Shown one piece after another: positions 18,041-26,877 of a DNA stretch of 54,734 bases. Location: positions 1 to 54,734 of the forward strand of contig JAQGMV010000252.1 of the NCBI GenBank assembly GCA_028292225.1, in the 5' to 3' direction. The notes beneath the pieces were generated by a model, which was not told the origin of the DNA, made no database searches, and was given only the letters and a program-made list of their open reading frames with translations. The translations under genes were made by a program, and so were the position numbers. Source of the stretch: Betaproteobacteria bacterium (GTDB lineage Bacteria; Pseudomonadota; Gammaproteobacteria; Burkholderiales; SG8-41). Numbering within the stretch: position 1 is the first letter of the stretch; every line of letters begins with the position of its first letter.

Positions 18041-18679
18041 TCACTTGGTCATTCGCTTGAGCAGCCCGTTGGCTTCGCCGACGGTCAGAAGCCGCTCGCA
18101 CTGCGCGGAGGACAGATGCGAATTCTGCGGTGCGGTCTCGTCATGCATGAGATTGCCGGGCTCCTCGCTGTGCTCGCCGCTGTCGGAGAGCACGTGAACG
18201 AGCTCGTGCGCGATCGCGTAAGGAAGATCGCGCGAGCCGTAGGCAACCCAGATCGTGTCGGCGAGCTCGGGGCGCGTCGTCGAATTCGACCTGCCGATCG
18301 CTTCGGCGTCGAATGCGGGATCGTTGCGCGTGTCCTCGACGAAGAAAACCGCCGGCTTGGGCGCCCGGATCGTGCGCAGCAATTCGCGGGACAGCGGGGT
18401 GTAGTAGAAATGAAAGCGCCGAGGTGCTTCGACTTCGTTGATCACGGCGCCCGTGACAGCGACGCCGCACGTCGAAAGCAGGCCGGCGGATCGCGCGAGG
18501 GCCTCCACGATATCGTCGGTGCGCCAGCGCGAGCCGGAGAAATGAAAAAGCTTCACGCTCACCGAGTGGGTCGCGCGCGGGACCGCAGGCATGGCGGCCT
18601 CGACTGCGCGCTGGCCGGATATGCGAACGGGCGCGGACGCGGCGACCGCGCACGATGTGGCGACCAGCATGATCGTCAT
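18041..18679 (-). CDS. Hypothetical secreted protein with an HExxH zinc-peptidase-like motif
   Basis: ATG 18679 gives MTIMLVATSCAVAASAP... (signal-like). Contains the motif AIAHELVHVLSDSGEH. The upstream part of track ORF 18041-18985 overlaps the TPP-enzyme gene and is rejected. Confidence 0.6.
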   Translation of the reverse strand: MTIMLVATSCAVAASAPVRISGQRAVEAAMPAVPRATHSVSVKLFHFSGSRWRTDDIVEALARSAGLLSTCGVAVTGAVINEVEAPRRFHFYYTPLSRELLRTIRAPKPAVFFVEDTRNDPAFDAEAIGRSNSTTRPELADTIWVAYGSRDLPYAIAHELVHVLSDSGEHSEEPGNLMHDETAPQNSHLSSAQCERLLTVGEANGLLKRMTK

Positions 18680-18705
18680 GACCACCCCGCCACGCGCCGT
18701 TGCGA

Positions 18706-20253
18706 TCAGAGCGCGAGCTCGATCAGATACGGGCCGCGCCGGCTGAAGGCCTCGCGCAAGGCGCCGGAGAATTGGGCGAGCGTCGCAGCCCGCGCGCCTT
18801 CGACGCCGTGCCCGCGCGCGAGCGAGACCCAGTCGAGATTGGGCCTGTCGAGCGTCAGCATGTCGGTGGCGCGCTGCCCCGGCGTGCCTGCGCCCATGTT
18901 GCGCAGCTCGCCGCGCAGGATCTGGTAGGCGCGGTTGGCGAGTAGCACGACGGTGACGTCGAGATTTTCGCGCGCCATCGTCCACAACGCCTGGAGCGTG
19001 TACATGCCGCTGCCGTCGCCTTCGAGCGCGACGACTTTGCGCCCGGGCGCGGCGATCGCCGCACCGGTCGCTGCGGGCAACCCCCAGCCGATCGACCCTC
19101 CCATGATGTTCAGCCAGTCGTGCGGTGCGGCTCCGGCGAAGAACGGCCCGAAATTGCGGCCGGTCGATACCGATTCGTCGATGACGACGGCGTTCTCCGG
19201 CAGCAGCGCTGCGAGCACGGCCGCGATACCGTCGGGCGTGAGGTCGCCTTCGGGAAGCGCTGTGCGGGCGCGCTCGCTCACGTGAGCCGGCGGCGTTCGC
19301 GTGGCACCCACCGCGCTCGCCAGCGCCTGTAGCGCCCGCTCGAGATCGTCAGCCGTGCCGGCGAGAGGCGTCACCGCGCAGTCTTCAGGTGTCAGGACGC
19401 TCGGTTTGCCCGGATACGCAAAGAATGACACCGGCGGTTTCGCGCCGGCGACCACGAGCCGGCGCGTGCCTTTGAGCGTGGCGAGTGCGCCGTCGACCGG
19501 ATACGGCAGGCGGTCGACGCGAACGCGGCCGGCGCCGCCTTCGGCGCGCGCATTGTTGAATTCCGAGAGCAGACGGCAGCCGGTTTTTGCCGAAATGCGC
19601 CCTGCGTTCTCGAGGGCTTTGCCGCGCAGCGCCGCGCCGCCGAGCATGAGGATCGACGGCTCGCCCGAGGTCAATGCCCGGGCGGCGGCCTCGATCGCGT
19701 CCGCGGACACCGCCCTTCGAGGTGCAGGAGGTTCGGCTTCGGCAGGACCGTCGGCGTCGTTCCACGCGGTGTCTGCGGGCGCGATCAGCGTCGCGACACG
19801 GCCCGGCGGCTGGCGCGCTTCATGAATCGCGCGCGCGCAATCGGTTGCGAGGGTGCGCGAAGTCGCGCTCGTCTTCACCCAGTGCGACATCGGCCGCGCA
19901 ACGCCTTCGATATCGGCGGTGAGCGGCGCATCGTGCTTCAGATGATACGTGGCGTGCTCGCCGACGATGTTCACGATTCCTGAGCCGGCTTTCTTCGCGT
20001 CGTGAAGATTGGCGAGACCATTGCCGAGGCCGGGCCCGAGGTGGAGTAGTGTGGCCGCGGGTTTGCCCGCCATACGGTAATAACCATCGGCCGCGCCGGT
20101 GACCACGCCCTCGAACAGCCCGAGCACGCAGCGCATGCCTTCGACCTTGTCGAGCGCGGCGACGAAATGCATCTCGGAGGTGCCGGGGTTGGTGAAGCAG
20201 ACCTCGACGCCGTTCACGACCAGCGTGCGCACCAGACTTTCAGCGCCGTTCAT
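18706..20253 (-). CDS. Thiamine-pyrophosphate-binding enzyme (acetolactate-synthase large-subunit-like)
   Basis: MNGAESLVRTLVVNGVEVCFTNPGTSEMHF... and the C-terminal TPP motif EGDGSGMYTLQALWTMAREN. GGAGGAG lies 5 nt upstream of ATG 20253. Confidence 0.9.
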   Translation of the reverse strand: MNGAESLVRTLVVNGVEVCFTNPGTSEMHFVAALDKVEGMRCVLGLFEGVVTGAADGYYRMAGKPAATLLHLGPGLGNGLANLHDAKKAGSGIVNIVGEHATYHLKHDAPLTADIEGVARPMSHWVKTSATSRTLATDCARAIHEARQPPGRVATLIAPADTAWNDADGPAEAEPPAPRRAVSADAIEAAARALTSGEPSILMLGGAALRGKALENAGRISAKTGCRLLSEFNNARAEGGAGRVRVDRLPYPVDGALATLKGTRRLVVAGAKPPVSFFAYPGKPSVLTPEDCAVTPLAGTADDLERALQALASAVGATRTPPAHVSERARTALPEGDLTPDGIAAVLAALLPENAVVIDESVSTGRNFGPFFAGAAPHDWLNIMGGSIGWGLPAATGAAIAAPGRKVVALEGDGSGMYTLQALWTMARENLDVTVVLLANRAYQILRGELRNMGAGTPGQRATDMLTLDRPNLDWVSLARGHGVEGARAATLAQFSGALREAFSRRGPYLIELAL

Positions 20254-20421
20254 TCGACTCCTCCCGATTTCAGCAAGCACGCATTATGCAGTGGCGAAGT
20301 GCGGGTTGCATAACCGCAAGAACGCGCCAAAGCGCCGCCACGTTCGGGCTTTAAGGCCTCGCGTGGCGCCTCATCTTCCTTCTGTCACACGACGACCAGC
20401 CCGAATCCCGGAGCGTGAACG

Positions 20422-20868
20422 ATGCTCACGAGCATTCCGCAATTCGAACGCTTTTTCCGCGCGGCGGCGAGCCTCGACATCGACAAGGAAGACCTGCGCC
20501 GTTACCACGGCTTCCTCGATCGGCGGATCTACGATCTCATGATCCGCGCGCAGGCCGCAGCCAAGGCGAACGCCCGCGACATCATTCACCCGCACGACCT
20601 GCCGATCACCAGGGGCCTGCAGGAGCGCATACACGAGTTCCGCACGCTCGATGCAGGCATAGACCTGAAGTCGGTGCTGAAGGACACGGTGAAGCATCCG
20701 ATGGTCGACCTCGACTACGACGACGAGACCCGGGACGCCCTCCCGGAGATCGCCGGAGCGCTCACGGTCGCTCTCGCGCGCAGCTTCAGAATCGTCGACC
20801 CGGAGCTGAAGAACCCCATGACCTGGCACTGGGATCGTGTCTTTGCGCTCTTCGATCTGCTCCTGTAG
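20422..20868 (+). CDS. DUF1931-family (histone-fold-like) protein
   Basis: 148 aa: IPQFERFFRAAASLDIDKEDLRRYHGFL...DLPITRGLQERIHEFR...WDRVFALFDLLL. The family assignment is from memory of DUF1931 sequences. Confidence 0.65.
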   Translation: MLTSIPQFERFFRAAASLDIDKEDLRRYHGFLDRRIYDLMIRAQAAAKANARDIIHPHDLPITRGLQERIHEFRTLDAGIDLKSVLKDTVKHPMVDLDYDDETRDALPEIAGALTVALARSFRIVDPELKNPMTWHWDRVFALFDLLL

Positions 20869-20877
20869 AACGGCGAC

Positions 20878-21711
20878 ATGAGGACAGTGGAATTTCCGTC
20901 GGGAGTGCGCGTTCCGGCCATCGGGCAGGGAACCTGGCACATGGGGGACGACCCTTCGATGCGCGCGGAGGAGATCGCAACGATCCGGCTGGGGCTCGAC
21001 CTCGGCGCAACCCTGATCGACACCGCCGAGATGTATGGCGAGGGCGCGGCAGAGACGCTGATCGGCGAGGCCGTCGAAGGCCGTCGAGACGAGGTCTTTC
21101 TCGTGAGCAAGGTGTATCCGCACAACGCCTCGCGCCGCGGCGCGGTGGCCGCCTGCGAGCGCAGCCTCGGCCGATTGCGCACCGATCGCCTCGACCTCTA
21201 CCTCCTCCACTGGCGCGGCGCGATCCCGCTCGAAGAGACCCTGGAGGCTTTCACCCGCCTCAGGAAGAGTGGAAAGATCCGGCATTTCGGAGTGAGCAAT
21301 CTGGATTCCGAGGACATGCAGGAGTTGTGGTCAGCACCCGGCGGCCGGGACGTGCAGACCGACCAGGTGCTCTATAACCTCACGCGGCGGGGCGTCGAAT
21401 GGGATCTCCTGCCCTGGTTGCGCGAGCGTCGCATACCGGCGATGGCGTATTCCCCGATCGAGCAGGGCCGCCTCGTGCGCAATCCGAAGCTCGTCGATTT
21501 CGCGCGGCGCCACGGAATGACGCCCGGGCAGGTCGCGCTCGCGTGGGCGCTCAGAGGCGGTGATGTCATCGCGATCCCGAAGTCTTCGCACCGCGACCGG
21601 CTGAAGGAGAACATCGCCGCGGCCGACATCGAACTGAGCGCGAGCGAGCTTGCCGAGCTCGACAGGCTCTTCCCGCCGCCGGCCGGGCCGGTTTCGCTGG
21701 AGATGCTGTGA
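20878..21711 (+). CDS. Aldo/keto reductase
   Basis: 277 aa with GQGTWHMG, IDTAEMYG, LDLYLLHW and IRHFGVSN. Confidence 0.92.
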   Translation: MRTVEFPSGVRVPAIGQGTWHMGDDPSMRAEEIATIRLGLDLGATLIDTAEMYGEGAAETLIGEAVEGRRDEVFLVSKVYPHNASRRGAVAACERSLGRLRTDRLDLYLLHWRGAIPLEETLEAFTRLRKSGKIRHFGVSNLDSEDMQELWSAPGGRDVQTDQVLYNLTRRGVEWDLLPWLRERRIPAMAYSPIEQGRLVRNPKLVDFARRHGMTPGQVALAWALRGGDVIAIPKSSHRDRLKENIAAADIELSASELAELDRLFPPPAGPVSLEML

Positions 21712-21748
21712 TGGCGACCGTAATCCAGCACCGGCGGTAAAGAACAGG

Positions 21749-22027
21749 ATGGGCGCCGTGCCTCAATGCAGCCATCTGAAACAGATCAAGGTGACGCAAC
21801 CGGACAAGCATGTCTGCGAAGACTGCGTGAAGACCGGAGACGCGTGGGTGCATCTACGCATGTGCCTCACGTGCGGCCACGTCGGGTGTTGCGATTCCTC
21901 TCCGAACAAGCACGCCACGCGGCATTTCGTTCAGACCGACCATCCCCTGATCCGGTCGGCGGAGCCTGGAGAGCGGTGGACATGGTGTTACGTCGACGAA
22001 GTGATGCCGGGAGAGCTTGCTGTCTGA
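21749..22027 (+). CDS. UBP-type zinc-finger protein
   Basis: MGAVPQCSHLKQIKVTQPDKHVCEDCVKTGDAWVHLRMCLTCGHVGCCDSSPNKHATRHF; the Cys/His pattern matches ZnF-UBP. Confidence 0.8.
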   Translation: MGAVPQCSHLKQIKVTQPDKHVCEDCVKTGDAWVHLRMCLTCGHVGCCDSSPNKHATRHFVQTDHPLIRSAEPGERWTWCYVDEVMPGELAV

Positions 22028-22059
22028 GCGCCGCGCCGCGCTCAGACAGCAAGCTCTCC
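22010..22059 (+). terminator. 21-bp perfect inverted repeat with an 8-nt loop, embedding the TGA stop of the zinc-finger gene
   Basis: ggagagcttgctgtctgagcg-ccgcgccg-cgctcagacagcaagctctcc. Confidence 0.55.
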
Positions 22060-22226
22060 AACGCGACGAGCGATCTTGCGATGAACATGAGCCTCCTCCA
22101 TTTGCTGCGACTTGCGCTTTATTGTGTCGTGCGCTAATACACCATCTTACGCCGCGCGAGGCGCTGCCGATGGGCGCGGTGTCGCCGATAATCGGCAGCA
22201 TCGCTGGAGACGAGAGGAAAAGAATC

Positions 22227-23108
22227 ATGGACGGCGCATACGACCGCAGCACGGAGGACCTCGGCAATTCAGTCGGGCTCGAGCACCTGAACCTGACGGT
22301 GCCCGATCAGCAGACCGCGACTCTGTTCTACATCATGGGGCTCGGCATGACTCGCGATCCGTATCTGATGACCGGGCTCGAGAACATGTGGGTGAACGTG
22401 GGACGCAGCCAGTTTCACCTGCCGATCGGAAAACCTCAGGTGGTGCGAGGCCACACCGGTCTCGTGGTGCCGGACCTCGACGCGCTGCGGCAACGCCTGG
22501 ATGCGGTCGGAGAGCGACTCTCGCAGACGCGTTTTGCTTACACCGCGCACGCGGACCGGGTCGACGTGACGTGTCCGTGGGGCAATCTCATCCGCTGTCA
22601 CGCGCCGGACGAGGCGCAGTTCGGACCGATCGTGCTGGGCATGCCGTATATCGCTTTCGACGTTCCGGAAGGCGCGGCTGACGGGATCGCGCGCTTTTAT
22701 CGGGAGATCGTCGGCGCCGTCGCTCGAGTCGACGCCGCCAACGGGACAGCTTCCGCGAGCGTCACCGTCGGCATGGGCCAGCAGCTCGTGTTCAACGAAA
22801 TCTCCGGTGAGCTGCCCGCGTACGACGGACATCACCTGCAGCTTTACGTCGTGAATTTCTCAGGGCCTCACCGCCAGCTCGCCGCGCGCGGGCTCGTGAC
22901 CGAAGAGAGCAACCAGCATCAATACCGCTTCAAGGAAATCGTCGATCCGGAAAGCGGGAAAGCGCTCTATACGCTCGAGCACGAAATCCGCAGCATCACC
23001 CATCCGCTGTACGCGCGTCCGCTGGTGAACCGCGATCCCACACAGACCAACCGGGCCTACACGCCGGGACACGACGCCGGCCGATGGGCGAAGCGCCCGG
23101 GCGCGTGA
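22227..23108 (+). CDS. Hypothetical protein (possible VOC/glyoxalase-like fold)
   Basis: 293 aa from ATG 22227 (GAGGAAAA upstream); ATG 22170 is an alternative start. VGLEHLNLTVPDQQTATLFYIMGLGMTRDP resembles VOC N-termini, but the function call is weak. Confidence 0.6.
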   Translation: MDGAYDRSTEDLGNSVGLEHLNLTVPDQQTATLFYIMGLGMTRDPYLMTGLENMWVNVGRSQFHLPIGKPQVVRGHTGLVVPDLDALRQRLDAVGERLSQTRFAYTAHADRVDVTCPWGNLIRCHAPDEAQFGPIVLGMPYIAFDVPEGAADGIARFYREIVGAVARVDAANGTASASVTVGMGQQLVFNEISGELPAYDGHHLQLYVVNFSGPHRQLAARGLVTEESNQHQYRFKEIVDPESGKALYTLEHEIRSITHPLYARPLVNRDPTQTNRAYTPGHDAGRWAKRPGA

Positions 23109-23133
23109 CCGAATGATCCGACGCGAGTGATTT

Positions 23134-23334
23134 TCAGCGGCTGGCGGGCGGGTCGCCCGTCGGCACTCGCAGCGGCGGGGGCGTGAACCCGTTGAGCTTC
23201 GCGTCCTCGACGCATTCGTAGAGCACGGGGAAGGTCCGGGTCGAGCAGTTGACGATGGAGCCGGTGCTCTTGTCGACACAACGCCAGGACCAGCCGCCCG
23301 CTTTGGCTTCAGTGAATTCCCAGCTGTAGTCCAT
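23134..23334 (-). CDS. Small hypothetical protein (66 aa)
   Basis: GGAGGA lies 6 nt upstream of ATG 23334. MDYSWEFTEAKAGGWSWRCVDKSTGSIVNCSTRTFPVLYECVEDAKLNGF... I recognise no family. Confidence 0.5.
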   Translation of the reverse strand: MDYSWEFTEAKAGGWSWRCVDKSTGSIVNCSTRTFPVLYECVEDAKLNGFTPPPLRVPTGDPPASR

Positions 23335-23569
23335 AGCCTGTCCTCCGGCCGCGCGTCTTTTTCTGTAGGTATGTGACACGCTGTCCCGCGAGCTCGCGAC
23401 GCGGGGCGAGTGAAGCTGTTTTTTTTTGCTTGCGCTGTTGCGGTGGACTTTAGCACACCCGCAATAACCCGATGCGTCGCCGCTGAATACGCGCAGAGCC
23501 GATGGCATACTACGCGGGACTTGCGCGTGCCCCGGAGCCGCGCGGCACCCGGACGGAGGAGAAAAACGA

Positions 23570-24598
23570 ATGCAACGCAGGATAGCAGTGCTCGGCGCCG
23601 GAGCGATCGGCAGCAGCATCGGCGCCGATCTCACCGAAGCGGGATTTGACGTGGCCCTCGTCGACCAGTGGCCGGCACAGGTCGAGACCCTGAAAGCCGA
23701 AGGCATCCGCGTGCAGATGACCGACCGCGAGGTGCATGTGCCGGTACGCGCGCTGCATCTGTGCGAGCTCGCCTCGGCGAAGCTCGAGTTCGACATCGTC
23801 TTCCTGGCGGTGAAGTCGAACGATCACCGCTGGCTCGCTGAATTCATCAGGCCTTACCTGAAACCGGACGGGGTGCTCGTGCCGACGCAGAACGGTTTCA
23901 ATGATGATTCCATCGCATCGATCGTCGGGCGCGAGCGCGTCGTCGGTTGCGCCATGGAGCTTTCTGCGGAGATATTCAACCCCGGCCGGGTGAAGCGAAA
24001 CACGCCACGCGCCACCACGTGGTTCGCCATCGGCGAGCTCGACGGCTTCTATACCCCGCGCGTGAAAGAGCTGGAATCGATCATGGGCAAGGTCGGGCGC
24101 GTCGACGTCACGAACAACATCTACGGTGCGAAGTGGACCAAGCTCATCGCCAACACGATGACGATGGGCCCGTTCGGCCTTCTGGGGCTGGGCAACCGCG
24201 AAGCTTCCGCGTTGCCGGGAATGTTCGAACTGTCTGTGAGGCTCGGCAAGGAATCTCTCGCGGTGGGGACCGCGCTCGGCTATCGCATCGAGCCGGTCTT
24301 CGGCTTGCGCGCCGACGAGTTCGCCGGATCGAACGACGAGAACCTCGTGACCGCGATGAAGACGCTGCTCCAGCACGTGAGCAACGGGCGCACCGCCCCG
24401 ATCCACGACCACATCAAAGGCCGCACTAGCGAGATGGAATACATCCCCGGGCTCGTCGCGCGCAAAGGCAGGGAGCTCGGGATACCGACGCCGTGCAACG
24501 AGGCGGTGGTCGCGCTCGATCGCGAGATCAACCGGGGCAGCCTCGAGATGGACCGCTCGAATTTCGAGCGCCTCCAGGCGCGCATCCGTGACGCATAA
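23570..24598 (+). CDS. Ketopantoate reductase (PanE/ApbA)-family oxidoreductase
   Basis: Rossmann N-terminus IAVLGAGAIGSSIGADL. 342 aa. GGAGGAG upstream. Confidence 0.85.
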   Translation: MQRRIAVLGAGAIGSSIGADLTEAGFDVALVDQWPAQVETLKAEGIRVQMTDREVHVPVRALHLCELASAKLEFDIVFLAVKSNDHRWLAEFIRPYLKPDGVLVPTQNGFNDDSIASIVGRERVVGCAMELSAEIFNPGRVKRNTPRATTWFAIGELDGFYTPRVKELESIMGKVGRVDVTNNIYGAKWTKLIANTMTMGPFGLLGLGNREASALPGMFELSVRLGKESLAVGTALGYRIEPVFGLRADEFAGSNDENLVTAMKTLLQHVSNGRTAPIHDHIKGRTSEMEYIPGLVARKGRELGIPTPCNEAVVALDREINRGSLEMDRSNFERLQARIRDA

Positions 24599-25589
24599 AG
24601 TCCGGCCCACCCGTCATCTGAACCTGCCGCGAGTCGCAGCGCCTTTTGCGCTCGCGGCAGCCGCTTGCGCAGCCACGGCAATTTCAGCCGCACCTTATCC
24701 GGACAAGCCCGTCCGCATGGTCATAGCGTCGGCTCCGGGCGGCGGCACCGACATCGTCGCCCGGTTGCTCGCACACAAGCTGAGCGAAAGCTGGCGCCAG
24801 CAGGTGGTGCCCGACAATCGCGCGGGCGGAGGCGGCGTCATCGCGACCGACATCACCGCGAAAGCCGCGCCCGACGGCCACACCCTGCTCGTGCAAAGCT
24901 CAGGCATCACGTATGGCCCGGCGCTTTACGCCAAGCTTCCGTATGACGTGCAGCGCGATATCGCACCGGTCTCGCTCATCGCGAGCCAGGCTTTCGTCTT
25001 GACGGTGCACGCCGCGGTTGCGGCGAGCTCCGTCACGGAGCTCATACGGTTTGCCAAAGCGAAGCCCGGGCAGGTGAGATTCGGTTCGGGCGGCGTGAGC
25101 GGAGCGTCGCACCTCGGCGGCGAGCTCTTTCGAACGAGCGCCGGCGTCGACATCGTTCACGTGCCTTATAAAGGCACAGGCCCCGCGATGGCGGCGCTGC
25201 TGAGCGGCGAGATCCACATGCTCATCGCCGGGGTCGCGACCGTGCTCCCGCACGCGAAGCTCGGCAAAGTGCGAGCGCTCGGCGTCACCGGCGCCGGTCG
25301 CATCTCGTCGATGCCCGACATTCCCACGGTGGCCGAAAGCGGCCTGCCGGGGTACCGGTTCGACGTGTGGTACGGCTTGTTCGCGCCGGGCAGGCTGTCC
25401 GACGCGCTTGGCGTGAGGATCAACGCCGATGTCGATCGCATCCTGCGCGAGCCTGAAACGCGTCAGCAGTTCGCAGCGGCAGGCGTCGAGCCGGCGGGCG
25501 GCAGCGTCGCCGACTTCAGGCAGTACGTCGCGGCAGAGATGGTGAAGTGGACGAAGGTGATCCGCGAAGCCGGTATCCGCGCGGACTAG
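24588..25589 (+). CDS. Bug/TctC-family substrate-binding protein (copy 2)
   Basis: Signal-like AAACAATAISA followed by APYPDKPVRMVIASAPGGGTDIV. The GTG start is uncertain; it overlaps the preceding gene by 11 nt. Confidence 0.85.
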   Translation: MTHKVRPTRHLNLPRVAAPFALAAAACAATAISAAPYPDKPVRMVIASAPGGGTDIVARLLAHKLSESWRQQVVPDNRAGGGGVIATDITAKAAPDGHTLLVQSSGITYGPALYAKLPYDVQRDIAPVSLIASQAFVLTVHAAVAASSVTELIRFAKAKPGQVRFGSGGVSGASHLGGELFRTSAGVDIVHVPYKGTGPAMAALLSGEIHMLIAGVATVLPHAKLGKVRALGVTGAGRISSMPDIPTVAESGLPGYRFDVWYGLFAPGRLSDALGVRINADVDRILREPETRQQFAAAGVEPAGGSVADFRQYVAAEMVKWTKVIREAGIRAD

Positions 25590-25610
25590 CGCCGCATTGC
25601 GGCGCTAGTC
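25584..25610 (+). terminator. 12-bp perfect hairpin embedding the TAG stop of TctC copy 2
   Basis: gactagcgccgc-att-gcggcgctagtc. Confidence 0.5.
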
Positions 25611-25615
25611 GGCGC

Positions 25616-25698
25616 AGTGTTGAGTTGTGAGTGTTTAGTATTGAGTTGTTGGCGGGCGGACCGGACAGCTTGACGGCCATCACTCATCACTCAACACT
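25616..25698. repeat. Heptamer-array inverted-repeat element, copy A
   Basis: Left arm: AGTGTTG AGTTGTG AGTGTTT AGTATTG AGTTGTT. Spacer: 27 nt, GC-rich. Right arm: CATCACT CATCACT CAACACT. Lies between convergent TctC genes. Confidence 0.85.
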
Positions 25699-25702
25699 GA
25701 TC

Positions 25703-26686
25703 TTATTGCGCCAGCTTGATGTTCGCCGCCTGCACGACCTTCGTCCACTTCGCGATGTCGCGCTTGAGCACGGTGCCGAAGTATTCGGGTCCCAGCTCGG
25801 GATAATCGAGGCCGTCGGCGTCGAAGCGCTCCTTCAGTTCGCGCGACTGCATCGATTCCCTGATGATCGTCTGCCACCGTGAGGCCGCATCCTTCTGTAA
25901 TCCTCTCGGGCCCATGAGGCCGTACCAGGTCAGCGCGTCGTAACCGGGAATGCCCGACTCGGCGATGGTCGGTACGGCAGGCAGTGCGCGGCTTCTTTTT
26001 GAAGTCGTGATCGATACGACCCGCAGGCGTCCGCTGCTCATGTGCGGGACGACGACCGGAAGGCTTCCGTAGATCATCGAAATCTGCCCTGCGAGCAGGT
26101 CGGTGAGCGCAGGTCCCGAGCTCTTGTACGGCACGTGCACCGTGCGAGTGCCGGCGAGGAGGTCGAAAAGCTCGCCCGAAAGATGCGCGGTGCCTCCGGT
26201 GCCCGACGAGCCGTAGGTCACCTTGCCCGGATTGGCTTTCGCGTAGGCGATCAGCTCCTTCGTGGTCCTGACCGGCAGGGCCGGATGCATCGTGATGAGA
26301 TACCCGGTCTCGCCGATCATGCTGATCAGCGTGAGATCGCGGACCGGGTCGAAGGGGACGCGCGACGCGGCTGCGCTGATCGGCAGGCTCGCCGTGACGA
26401 TGCCGAGCGTGTAGCCGTCAGGCAGCGCGCGCACCGCGATCTCGGTGCCGATGAGACCGCCGGCGCCGCCGCGGTTGTCGACCACGATCGACTGCCGGAG
26501 CAGCTCGCCTGCTTTCTGCGCGACGATGCGCGCCACGATGTCGGTGCCTCCGCCGGGGGCGAAGGGGACGATGAGACGCACCGGGCGCGCCGGGTAAATC
26601 GGCTGTTGTGCGTACGCGGTGGCGCACAGCATGAGCGCAGCAAGACAGCACGACGGGGAGCGAAACCGGCGGCGGAATGCGAGCAT
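25703..26686 (-). CDS. Bug/TctC-family substrate-binding protein (copy 3)
   Basis: ATG 26686 gives MLAFRRRFRSPSCCLAALMLCATAYAQQPIYPARPVRLIVPFAPGGGTDIV. ATG 26710 is an alternative start. The track ORF extends to 26896 without support. Confidence 0.88.
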   Translation of the reverse strand: MLAFRRRFRSPSCCLAALMLCATAYAQQPIYPARPVRLIVPFAPGGGTDIVARIVAQKAGELLRQSIVVDNRGGAGGLIGTEIAVRALPDGYTLGIVTASLPISAAASRVPFDPVRDLTLISMIGETGYLITMHPALPVRTTKELIAYAKANPGKVTYGSSGTGGTAHLSGELFDLLAGTRTVHVPYKSSGPALTDLLAGQISMIYGSLPVVVPHMSSGRLRVVSITTSKRSRALPAVPTIAESGIPGYDALTWYGLMGPRGLQKDAASRWQTIIRESMQSRELKERFDADGLDYPELGPEYFGTVLKRDIAKWTKVVQAANIKLAQ

Positions 26687-26877
26687 CGAAATCGACTCCG
26701 TGTGTGGCATGCGAGGCTCGCATACTACAACGAGCCTGCGGCAGCGCGGGCCTCGCGCGGCTCCAGGGTGTGGAGGAGCGTCGCCGCTCCAGCGCCGCCG
26801 TCCGGACGGTCGGTACAAGAGCGTACTTACGCCGGTTATTGCTATGATCGCGCGGTGACCAACCGTGGGGGAAAAGC

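Noticed and set aside
25631-25882. 83-aa plus-strand ORF starting inside heptamer element A.
   Set aside because: Its N-terminus is simply the translated heptamer repeat, and the rest is antisense to TctC copy 3.
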